A stretch of 63,717 nt of DNA, filler included, from Bigelowiella natans CCMP2755 (taxonomy: Eukaryota > Protista > Cercozoa): NCBI GenBank assembly GCA_000320545.1. It is 7 parts of 7 records of this genome, joined end to end, with 100 filler letters (N's around TTAATTAATTAA, not from the genome) between each part and the next. Parts side by side here need not be neighbours in the genome. Positions count along the whole stretch, not along the records: positions 22,685 to 26,801 come from ADNK01003067.1; positions 26,902 to 51,667 come from ADNK01002818.1; 5 more parts are not named here. The stretch is one strand, 5' to 3'. Each line of letters begins with the position of its first letter. Positions within the stretch are counted from its first letter, which is position 1. The notes beneath the pieces are model-generated. The model saw only the letters and a list, made by a program, of their open reading frames with translations, ran no database searches and was not told the DNA's origin. This document shows positions 24,877 through 36,838 of the stretch, in pieces. Both the position numbers and the translations under genes were made by a program.

Positions 24877-25569
24877 ATGTTGTGGCGCTCGCTCGGGCCG
24901 GCGGCATTTGTCATTGCGGCGTTAACCTTCCTAGATCTAGCAGGGGCTCACAGGAGCCAGATAAACCTCGAAGAGGTATTTTGTCCCGATTGATGCACTT
25001 GAATTGGGTTGTCTTTTCAATGTCTATCCCCTCCCCTTAATTAACTCTCAAGCAAATCACGGTCCGCTCAGGTGCGCACGTTCCAAGTCCCCCCCCCTTC
25101 GTCACAGGCATCTCCCTCGAGCTATGACCCTTACTTCCCTGAAATGGATATCCCGGAGATCGCTGCTAAGCCGCCGAAAGCTCTTTGCATTTCGGGGGGA
25201 GGGGTGAGAGCTCATGCAGCAGGCGTGGGGGTGCTAAGAGCACTCACTGACATGGGGCTCATGGACAAGTTTCGGTACAACAAACGTACCATACATGCGC
25301 GCATACGTGTGTTGCGTGTGAGTGAATGGTGATATGAACGAGGGAGGAGAGGTGGGGTTGCTGGTGGCAGCATAAGGCGACGTAATACTATGAGTGTCTT
25401 CTTCTTCTTCTTCATCTTCTTCTTCTTCTTCTTCTTCTTCTTCGTATCCACAGCTATCTTGGAGCGGCAAGTGGTGGTGGTTGGCTGATAACAGCATATT
25501 CATATTTTCGTCCGAACTATACATTCGAAAGCAATGATGGCCTTTGGAAGGTAGTGATATTTTAAAATA

Positions 25570-25611
<42 letters not shown>

Positions 25612-26058
25612 GTAAACCGAATGTGGACAGTATCTCAATGCAGTAACAACACGGCAATGGGAACACCCGCTGCCTCTCTTTCGATTCAGGCGCCTTTCAC
25701 TACAGCGGCAAACGACCAAGAACTTCTCGGTGAGATCGTCTACCCGGAGAATATCACTTGGGCGCACTTGGATCACGTATCACCCCAGTCGCTACGAAGC
25801 TGTGGTCAGCATTCTTTGTGGAAAAAAATTCTTAGAAAAATATATTAGAGCTTTCTGATGGTTGCTTTTTTCTTTGGACGGGAGGGGAGGGGAGGGGGGG
25901 GGTGGGGGTAGCTTTCGGAATCGGGGAAACTTGTTGTTCGTTAGTCGTCCGTTTTCTCGTACAACGCCGTTTCTCAGCTACTACTGGCATTGAGAACAAC
26001 AACAACTACTCTTTAGAGCAGCGGCTATGAATGCTTATCTTTGGGTGTGCGTTACGGC

Positions 26059-26096
<38 letters not shown>

Positions 26097-26520
26097 TGTG
26101 TGTGCTTTGTTATTTGTTGGTGGTGTGGTGCGAAGGTACGACTATGTGGGTATTGGAGACGCTGAATCAACTGCTACTAAAGGGTTGGCATTTACCAGCA
26201 TCGATCCACACGCTTAAAACACACGCAAAGCACGCGTACGCACGCATGCACATCTACATATATGAATGAACGCCTGTGGTGTTGATGATGCGGCGTGGGA
26301 TTAGTATAGCCATCTGAAAACAAAGCTCCTCCCCCCCTGCCCCCGCTCCCCTGAAGAAAGCGAAAATAGTAAAGTTGGTGCTTGTCATTCAATATCAATA
26401 CGCACCGACACTTGAGATGTTTGTCTTCTGCCAGGGCCCCCTTTCGAGAACGCATTCATCAGCGCTATCCATCGGGTGTTCCTTGAGAAAGCTGGTATTT
26501 TTCGTCGTTGGCGATCATTT
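24877..26520 (+). CDS. Secreted lysophospholipase / cPLA2-like (patatin-fold) protein, 3' part lost at gap
   Basis: Exon 1 MLWRSLGPAAFVIAALTFLDLAGA (signal-peptide-like); exon 2 ALCISGGGVRAH (oxyanion SGGGxRA); exon 3 YLGAASGGGW (catalytic Ser motif). Confidence 0.8.
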
Positions 26521-26600
26521 CTGTTTTTGGATGAATTTTGGATTATTATCCGATCGATTGTAGCAATTCGAGGATCTTCTATGGCGCAGTACAGTCTGCG

Positions 26601-26682
<82 letters not shown>

Positions 26683-26749
26683 TGTGCACGTATATGTGCA
26701 CGTACACGTGCACGTACAACGAAGACAACAATCAATCAGCGATTGTTCG

Positions 26750-26788
<39 letters not shown>

Positions 26789-27749
26789 TATATATATGTG
26801 TNNNNNNNNNNNNNNNNNNNNNNNNNNNNNNNNNNNNNNNNNNNNTTAATTAATTAANNNNNNNNNNNNNNNNNNNNNNNNNNNNNNNNNNNNNNNNNNN
26901 NGGGAATCCAAGCATCATCATGGTCATTAACACCATCATCGTCGAGCTACATTACTTCAAGGCAATAAGGACGGCGGTGTGAGTAACACAGGAGGCGAAG
27001 TGTACGTTCATTTTTTTTTGGTTATGATTGGAAGAGGCGCAAATCTACTATACGATAGAGATCCCAAGGTGCTGCGACATGCGCACCGTTCGCCAACAGA
27101 TATGATCGTGACACATCTTTTCTTTCCGCATTCATTCTATGCCAACACTGAATCGATTCGTCACTCCTTACCGGTATCCGTCAGTCTCCTCCTGGAACCC
27201 TGCCTCTAAGACTTTCAGGTCCACATCTCCACTAGCTTGCTCAAACTGCGGGAGAAGGAGGATAAGAACGCAGAGGGGGGGGGGGGGGGGTACAAGCCCA
27301 ACCAGACAATCGTTGTCATTGTGGTCATTTTGACTTTGAGTAGAAGTTATGATCAATTTTCTAACTTGGCTTCGTTTTCGTTGAAGAAATCGCACACAAC
27401 GGCAACGACCCCTTCACCGTAATGGCGTCGCAGAGAATCGGTTGGGTTATTATATTTAAATCGTCGCATCCTCTCTCAGGTAGATGGACGCGCAGTTTTC
27501 GTAAATAATGCTATTGATAACTATACATCTAAGCTTAAACACGCCCCCTTTCCATTACTACGTGGTTACGTGCACATATTTGGGCACGTGTATGCCGAAT
27601 TACTTTGTGGTTGTAAAGCCGCCTTAGATTTAGGAAGCGATATGGCTCGGCCTTCTTGTGCGGCAAGTTCTGCAGCAAAAATGTTGTGAATGTCAGGGGG
27701 GGAACAGGCGATTGTGCGAACGGATAGGGAATCGGATAAATTTTCTTCC

Positions 27750-29055
27750 TCAGAGTCTATACTTTAGAATGATTTTTTTAAATTTGCGTGAGCATGCCTG
27801 GTCCTATGCGCGCGCGTATAAAAGCATTTCATCCCACTACCATTTCCTCCAAGATCTGCTTCCCATCATTGCGAATTTGGGTCATTTCGTCCGTTAAGGC
27901 TACAGGCTGGCTTATGTCCCTCAATCCGTTAATGCCTTCCATCCAATTCTTTGCAGCGCTACTACCGCGAGTTCTGTGGGATAATAAAGTAGCACACAGA
28001 GAAGGGCCGTAAGTTGCTTTCTCGAACAGGGTGACTACGATGACGCGAAAGACGTGATAAGCCTTCTCACTTTTTGGGTTGCCTCAGATCGTATGTGGCG
28101 ATAAGAGCATCCACCTCCGCAGCCATTTTATCAACCTACTCATCATACATTTTTCATTTTATCGCATGTGCCACGTAAGAGTGCTGCTCAGTAGCGCATA
28201 TAAAACGCGAAACGCTGTGTTATGCACGCGCAGGCTGAAGGGTACCGAATCCTCCGTCAACCGAAAACGTGCTCGTGGCTGGAGAGTATATCTTCGCAAA
28301 TTTCTAGGGGACATTGAAACCTGATTTCATGTACTGATCGATCGGAGAGCTATCGACGACGATGATGCTACTACGGTGGAATTATATCGATACGGAAACA
28401 ACGACTAGCCTTACCGTTGGCCTGAGACGGACCGCAGTCTCTGGATTGCAGCTACCCACCCTGGAAACCAATCCCCTAGCTGCACCGACGGGAAGGAGAA
28501 GCAGCAGGAAGGAGAAGGGGGGGGGCCACCCTCGCCGCATAATTCAGATTTTATGGAAGCCGGATGAAAATTAGAGACGCCTATTTCAGTCCAAAGACGC
28601 AATAATCATGTTGTCGCAATTATTTAAACAATTATGTTTACAGAGTCTCCTTCTAAGGGATGGAGGATTTGTAGACGGCGAATCCAATGGCGTTCAATAG
28701 GTGCGACAAGGAGAAATGCATGACGCTTGATCTTCATAAGGCCCGTGTTTCGGAACTCCTCCGAAAAGCCACCGAGATCTAGATCTACGATAAAGCTCGC
28801 TTCTGTACTTGTCGTAAATTCTTCGTAAATGGGTGTAAGACATGTAATAATAAACCCCAACCGAAAAAAAATAAAACGAGCTCGTGCGGAATAACACTAC
28901 CCAAATTTTACCGAAATATAGACGGTGTCCACCTGAGAAATGTCCGGTAATACTTCACTGTTCACCTCGCTCTCTGCGCATTCTTTTCAGCGACAAATCC
29001 GCCGGTAAGGTGGATAGAAGGCGTAGTTTTCTGGACGACACGCATTTGTTCATGT
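27750..29055 (-). CDS. Hypothetical multi-exon protein
   Basis: Exon-like segments with AG/GT flanks (e.g. TRGSSAAKNWMEGINGLRDISQPVALTDEMTQIRNDGKQILEEM; ORF 28624-28860). No domain recognised. Confidence 0.3.
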
Positions 29056-29367
29056 CGCTCTATGTATTTCAAGCTTCTGAGAGCAACTAATTAATTGTGG
29101 GAAGACTAATGACAATAAAACCGTAGCAGCGGCAGCCCCCTCTCTACTCTCCGCGCTCCGTGTGCCGCCCCTTCGATGCTCATTGCAACGTCACCTCCTC
29201 CCCTTCTGGCGAAAAGCAAGGAAGTGTTGTTCACGCGGTTTTGAAGAAACAGGTGCTCGACGGCACACGGCACGCTCCTCCCTGCGACCGAACTTTCTCA
29301 GTCTCCCTTGGCAATTGGTGTGGGTAGGAATTTCAGCGAAGCCTCCCGACATCAACGGTTGTCTGAG

Positions 29368-31942
29368 ATGTCAGAGGCCAAAAAGAAAATCAAAGAGGCT
29401 AAATATCCTCTAAATATGGAAGAAGGACGTACAGTGTCCGCACGAAACGATGAGAACTTACGCCTGCAGAGGAGAAGAAGCTCAATTGAACGCAAGAAAA
29501 GAGTGATGACACAGATGAAGCGCATGGGACTTACCATGAAAGACGGCGTTCCAGAGCAAAACCAATGCTGGAGTAATAAAATAATAACGAGAAACCACAG
29601 AGAATTTAGAATTATCTTTGACTAATAAGCAGGTTCCGATATATTGCTTTTTAAGATAGCCTGTGTGTTGTGTGTCCTATCTCAGCTATTGTTTACCTCT
29701 CTACTGCAGGCACACTCAGGAGCTGGATAAGCAAGCATTTCCGATGGTGGCTCTTTGGAAGTCTCATTTTATTGTACTTCTTCCTCGGCGCATTGTTTTA
29801 CTCAAGGGAGAATGGATGGAGTTACTCGGCGGGGTTATTCTATGCTTCTCAAGCAGGGTGGTCAGTCGGATATGCGAGTATGGAGGAGAAGTCTCGTACT
29901 TCTTTATGGTTCACAATCTTCTTCGTCGCCGTAGGCGCTACAGCAACAGGCGGGGCGATCGCTGTCCTCATGAGCTATATCATCGAGAAGGGAGACATTT
30001 GGGAGCACGAGGAGCGAATGCGCGAAATGATGCGCCATTTGCACCAGCCGTCGGTCTCCTTCTCTACAAAAACTATTACGGATCTGAATAATTTCAACAA
30101 AAAAGTGAAGGACAGTCGAAGTGGCTGCGAAATTATCTGGTGAGAAAATGCAATGATACACAGGGTCACATAGAATGTGGGGGATGTGCACCGTCATCAT
30201 CATATTCTCATCATCACCTTATCCAGCGTTCGATGGCACCCGAATTGCTCTCTATACACACGTGTGTGCTTGTTTTTCACGTGTGTGTCTATTTGCTGTA
30301 CGGCGGTGGCCAACTTAAATCACACACATGGCGCATACTGCTTGCGCAGGTACTATGCTTATCAGATCTTCGCGGGTTCGCTGCTGCTCTTGTGGAGTCT
30401 CGCCGGCATCTTCTATGGGATATACCATGAAAAGTGGAGCTTCCTTGTTAGCCTCTACTTCTCAATCACCTCTCTCGCAACAGGTGGCTTGCGGTCGCCG
30501 ACGATAGATACTGAAAATGACTCGTTTGCCAACTGGTTTGTTGGCGGGTGGATTCTCTTGGGCGTTCCGGTAGTATTTTCCCAACCCCCCCCCCCCCCCC
30601 CCCCCGCCCTATTTTGTGCCCTGTATCGAAGCTGCGATTATCTGACAAATCAGTCGTGTCGGACTCATCACTCGAAAACCATTTTTTCATATGACTGCAC
30701 TTGACAACCAATAATTTTAATCGCTGGGGCTGCTCGTAGGTGTATTCAGTGGCTCTGGGAATGCTGGCAGGGTTGTTTGTAGAAGCCTACACCCGCAACC
30801 AGCTAAAGAGAAAGTTGGAGGCGAGGATTAAGGAGGAGGATATCTACTACGCCAAACAGATGCTGAGGTATCGGAATAGATCGCACCTCACTTTCGGGGA
30901 CTACCTAGAATTTAACTTACTGCGAACCGGAATGATGAGCCCCGAAAAGATTCAGGAGCTACACGAAAGCTTCGAAGAACTGGATATCGATGGGGACGGC
31001 ACCATTGGTTTTAAAGAGATGAAAGCTGCCGTTGAGTAAGTCCAATGGCACGTATCTACATCAAATTTATTACTCAAAAGCGAAAGCACCGACAGATTTT
31101 GAGAGATGAATGTGTGAGGAAGCTGAATCCGTTTTGTATCAAATAGTCGGTTTGCCTGTTTATGCTGAATACTACCATTTGCGCAGTGTATGATCTTCAA
31201 AGAGAAAGATTTTCAGACATAAATACAAAAAGAGAGCAATGTACATCCCTGGTGCGCAGGGTCTACATTACTTATTTGCTATAATATGAATGATGGCAGG
31301 TTCGCGCGGTTTGATGTTGATGGCGATGGGAACCTTATGATAGAAGAGTTTGTGGCGATGTGCCTCAACCTAGGCATGGCAGACACAGAGCAACTTGACG
31401 ACGCATTGGACATGTACGAGAATCTCGATATAGAGGGAAAAGGAATCACGCAGAGTGCGTTTTGTAACTGGTGGATAAAAGGTCACATTGGCACAAAGCT
31501 GAATATTGCCCAAACGCAAGAGGGTAAACATAGTGTGCTAACCCAGTCGCTCGCGAATTCAAGGCGATTTAGCAGTGGCACGATTTCTCTTGAAAGAACA
31601 AACACCAAATTAAACTCCTGCAGCCGAAACGCCAGTCTGAAAGGAGGGGACCTCAGAGGAAGCCGAAATACAAGTAAGAAATTCGATTTTGCCGAAACGG
31701 ACAACAATGAAATAGGACATCGTAATAACAACGTGGCCGGTGAGCAGAAATTGATTCACAATGAACCTGTGATTGACGACCGAAAGACGGAACGCGTAGA
31801 CAGCATACCTAGTCAAGAGCAAATTGCTCTTAGCCCCTCGCCTTCAACCCCGTATCCTTTGTCACATCCGCAATCGTCGAGTAGATTAGATGAAGCTGAA
31901 GCAAAGACGCAGGAGCGTCACCCATTTGGGATGAGTTCGTAA
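29368..31942 (+). CDS. Two-pore-domain (4TM/2P) potassium-channel-like protein with C-terminal EF-hands (TPK-like)
   Basis: TM-pore 1 GALFYSRENGWSYSAGLFYASQAGWSVGYA; TM-pore 2 EKWSFLVSLYFSITSLATGGL; EF-hands DIDGDGTIGFKE and DVDGDGNLMIEE plus a degenerate third. Confidence 0.85.
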
Positions 31943-32049
31943 TTACCCAGGTTAGCATTCCCTTGCTTTGCTCTTGCAACAGAGAAATGCGGGCCGCATT
32001 TCTGTTTAATAATGAAAGTTTTATTTGTGATGAATATTGAAAAACCATG

Positions 32050-32950
32050 TTCGTAAATTTGATGGTGCCATGCGTGTGTGCGTGGTGTGTGTGTGTGACA
32101 TTCATTCATTCTCTACGTGGGCGACTGTGTCTCTTGCCTGCATTCAGATGTGGATTTTAACCTTGTTGCAATTGATAAATGTGATGTGCATTTTGCATGC
32201 TTTGTTTGTGGTCAATCAAAATTGTCTTCATTGGCAAATAAGCTTAGCTAGCTAGCTAGCTTAGTGGGCTAGTGGGGTTTTCTTCCTGTTTCGAAGTGTC
32301 AAAACAGCATGTCTAGATGTGCGTGTGTCAGTGACGCAATGTTCCATCATTGATGGTGTCATAATTGTGTGGCACACATGACGCCAATTCTCCCACACAA
32401 GCAAAGTCATACTGTCTAGCTAGCTAGCTATCGCGTGGGACGAGAATCACGCTGTAGACAAGCTTCCTAGCTTCTTGGCATGCATTAGTGTTATCCATCT
32501 AGCCATCTAGATGACCATGCGATTTCACTTCATTTACATTGAGCTAGCTAGCTAGTAAGATGCGTGCGAGACGGATGCAATGAAGTGATTAAATCTTTTC
32601 AATGGTCATTCTAATGTACCCATGCAACGCAGCGGCTACAGCGCTTACTAGCTTACGTTGTGTCCATTTGTCTTGTCTGTTAAGCATCTCATTTGAGATG
32701 CACACTCTGAAATTTCGTCAATCTAGCTAGCTAGCAATCTAGCAATGTCTGGATGTCTAGATCTAGAAGCATCGACCTTCGAAGGGTTTGCTAGATGAGT
32801 AATGGAGACAAACCCAGGGATATGTGCACAGCTAGACAGCACATGACAGAGGCTTCACACCGCATTGCTAGCTCATGACAGCCAGTGTGCATGATCACAC
32901 ACTCGAGAATATCTTGTTGAAACATAACTACACCGAAAATACTTTCTTTT
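32050..32950. other. CTAG-rich, TpA-reduced domain between convergent channel and SPFH genes
   Basis: Roughly 20+ CTAG in ~700 bp including (CTAG)3 arrays near 32248, 32416, 32544 and 32723. Confidence 0.8.
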
Positions 32951-33099
32951 TCTGATAAAATAGATGAAACCACATGTGGTTAGACCGTTACTACTTTGCT
33001 AGTAGATATACCTAAATTTTATGTGCAAGGCGTCCTTACATATCTCTGCACTTATTGCCAGAATCTAGTCATTAAAGAAATTAGAGGGTCGTAAGAACA

Positions 33100-35126
33100 T
33101 CAAGCCTTGACTTTCCCTTCTGGTCCATCAGCAAATGCGATGTGTCCATTTTTGAATGCAACAGGAGCAATTGGAGAAAATCCAGCCTCAAGTAGAGCAA
33201 GCTCTCGTTGTGTATCATATGACATCAATGCTGCTTTGTTTCGTGTTAGTGCTGCTTCCAACGTAGCAGATCGTTTTCCCATTATTTCTTGCTTCATCTT
33301 CTCATTCTCTAGCTCGACAAACCCCGGACTACTTTTGTAAGCCTTCCCTATCAGATTAGAACCCTTTGCCTGAGCTTCCGCCTTTAGCATCAGACACTTG
33401 GCAGAGGCTTCGGCTCGAACTGTCTCACATTTTGCATCTGCTTTTGCAACCAATAATCTTACATCAGCTTTGGCCTTTTCAATGATTTGCTTTCTCTCAG
33501 CTTCTCCTTTGGCTTTGAGTAGTGCAATTTCCTGCTGAATAGCCTGCGCTTTCTGTTTTGCCTGAAGCTCGATTTGCTTTACCTTTGCCATTATCTCAGC
33601 CTTTTTTTCTTCTAGCTTGGCATTTCGAATCTGATTTTCTACAGCCTTTGCACTCTGAATTTCGACTATCTGGAAATCGGACATACCGCTTTTTCATTAG
33701 ATTTAACTATTGAAAAAATTACTTACTTTTGTGGCGTGAGTAGTCTCAAGTTTAGCTTTTATCATCTGAAATTCTCGCTTTACGTTTTCACGGGTACTAA
33801 GAGTATCAATCAAAGACTTAAGAATGGTAGATTTGGTAATAATCCAATTTTAGAATATATTTGGATTTTAGTTGGACAAACCGTTTTGCAGTTTCAATTT
33901 CCAGTTGTCGCTTTGCCTCAAGAATCTGTTCCTAAGATTTTGATTTGCATAATTTGTGAGTAGAATGTCCGGTAACATTTCCAACTTATCACCTTCATTT
34001 TTGCCTCCTTCTCAGCTCTAATTTTGTTTCGAGCCGAAATTAAGGGGAAGCGTAAATCTCGAATCTCAAATCTACGACAAATAATATAGGATTAGTCATT
34101 GTTTAAATCTCAAAATAAAATGTATGTGTTTTCACCCCAGCAATTTTCCTCCGAGGGATTCAATCTGGAACCTTAGCTTAGGCTTCATACTTTTCTCGAA
34201 ACTTGTAAAACCTCTCCCAGCCTTATGGAATAATTATCATCTTCACGTAAATTTACGCATAGATACTATTTATTATCACTCACCTCGGACATACACTGCT
34301 CATAAGAGTTCCCCGCCACACTTTCAAGCAACAAAGCCTTTTGCAATATAGTTGCAGTGAAATGGTGATTCGATTAAGAACATGCATTAAAATTACCTGC
34401 ACGTTTTCTTCAATGGCATCAAATATATCATGGCATGGCCCCTTTCTAAGGATCCAAACTATGGGATCCACTACTTTCCATCGTACAACTACTCGAGTCC
34501 GGACGACCTGCCTATCTTTTGATTCCATTTTAAACCAACGTGTACTGCGAGAATGGTGATGCATATCCACGAATTCTTTGAACACTTCTCCTCCACGAAT
34601 GATAGTAAATCCTTTTCCCGTTCTAAGCTTACCTGATGCTGCCTGAATTACTAAGCGTAAGGCTGATGCTATATACCGAGTTATAAATCGACCTGAATTG
34701 TGAAGTTGAAACCTGGCTCCCTAAATTAACGCGCATTAAAATATATATTTACAGAAATGATTGTATGTTTTTTGAAGTAGTCCACATAGAAAACAAAACA
34801 TTGAGTACTTACGAGCGAATAAAAGTGAGGGAACCAACTTGCTCATATTGTCCTGCCGCAAGAGTCACCTATAGAATGAATAATGAGGAGGGCGAAAGAA
34901 TAAAGAATTATGTTTCAACTTGTTTCCTCGACTCCTCCCTGCCATTCACAATGCCCTCGGTGTATGCTTTCCTAATTATTTATCAAAGCCTTAATAAATA
35001 TAGTATTACGAACAGAACTATGGCAATCATCCCAGCTCTTGCTTACGTGGCAATCTTGTGCTTCAGATCCTAGGATGTAGTACACTTCGAGTCAGATTCA
35101 TAGTCTAAGAGCATCATTAAGTTTTA

Positions 35127-35166
<40 letters not shown>

Positions 35167-36340
35167 CCTGAATATCACAAACTCCATAGACATAGGCCTA
35201 AAAATGCATCATACTATTCTTCACCAATACACACTTTGACCTGTATCATTGATACCGGTTTACGAACAATGTAGCGGCCAGAGGGTAAAGTAAATTGCTC
35301 GTCGCTTACCTTATATCGATTAGATGAACAAACCTATTGTGCTCGGGGTTTCAATTAGTAATCATCTACCTGTACCACAGCTACATGGTTCTCGGGAAGA
35401 GAAACGTAGCTAATATCCTGCGAAAGAGAAATTTAGTTACTTGAAACTCTAAAACATATGAAAGTACAATGTGTTCGAGGAAAGTCCCAGCTTTGCTTTC
35501 ATCAGTCAGCTACAGAAATAAAATCTTAGTGACTTAGCAACTTTCATAATCAATTAAAAAAAGTGAGTGAACCTCTACTATGCTGTTTAAAATCTCACGA
35601 AACCAAAGCCTGAAGTAATTTCCTGCATAGATTTCCGATATAAATGCTGTAATTGTGTATCATGTTATCATGTGTGTATTTCTGAAACCTGGGGGCATGA
35701 AATGTGTTCTCCCAGCATAAGTGCCTACGCCAATTTCGCCCTGCTGTATCGTATATCTTGTGCAAAATCTGATATCAACATATGTTATCGTAGTCCACGA
35801 AAAGACACGCAATTATGCTTGTTACCCACAATTTCCATCGTCCTCCCGAATCTGAAGGTTTAATTGTCATGAATATACATACATCAAATAATGTTAATGC
35901 GGAAGACCAGATAATTATCGCCATGTTCTTTTGCCATTCTCTTTAATCCTGAGACTAAGTCCTCTTTCTCTTCCAAAGCATACAAGAAGGAACTTATTTT
36001 GTTCATTTCGTTGCTCTAAGACCACCAACGTTGTTTAGTTTATTTAGAAAGATTTGACTTCTATTTACTTACAAAAACTTTGATATTAGACTGCTTTGCA
36101 TTCTCCTCAAGCTGATGCATGATTGTCCCTACCTGAAAGCAACAAATTTCAATTATTTTTTCCAACTAAAGAGTCTATTCACGGCTTACTCTTGCAACAT
36201 CTCCAATAGAAGCCTACATGTTACAAGCAGGGTGAAGATGCAAGACACGATGATTCTAAATCTGTTGGTCTTACCGGTTGGGAATTAACCACACCTTCAA
36301 CCACACGAACATCCCGGGTTTTGCGCTTCATTTCATCCAT
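33100..36340 (-). CDS. SPFH/band-7 (flotillin/vacuolin-like) protein, paralog A
   Basis: Short-intron gene. Exons encode RYTIQQGEIGVGTYAGRTHFMPP, LPENHVAVVQ, MESKDRQVVRTRVVVRWKVVDPIVW..DIFDAIEE (band-7 core) and an A/E/K/Q coiled-coil tail. Candidate ATG 36340. Confidence 0.8.
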
Positions 36341-36838
36341 CTTATATGTATCCGAATTCATATGATTGCAGACAAGGAAGGCATATGAACCACCTCAACT
36401 GCTTTTACAGAAGGGCTCGCACTTCGGGTGTGTCCGGGTGTTGACATAGACGTTGGAATGTCACTAGATTTGTCAGGGGTTCGCACAAATGAACAAAGAT
36501 ATATTTTTTTTGCCACAAACACAGGCGATATTCTATCAATAGGAGACTTCTATGCCCCTTTTCCAGAGAAAAGGGCCTTCTTTGGGAAGCAACTGTGTTT
36601 TTGTTTGCCAACCGCGGAATGTCAGGAGGGGGATCGAATTGAAGACCGTGAGCTCAGCAAGCACGTAGGATTTAGGGAGGGTCAATTGCGACTTCATTAA
36701 TGCGACATGAGAGAAGCACCTGTTTTTTAAAAGAAATCGGAGAAGAACTACTCACAAATGAGGCAAAATCGGATTAACGTGACCATATCTCAATTTTCGC
36801 CTCCCCCAGAAAAGACACGAGATTCTACGAAAGAAATT

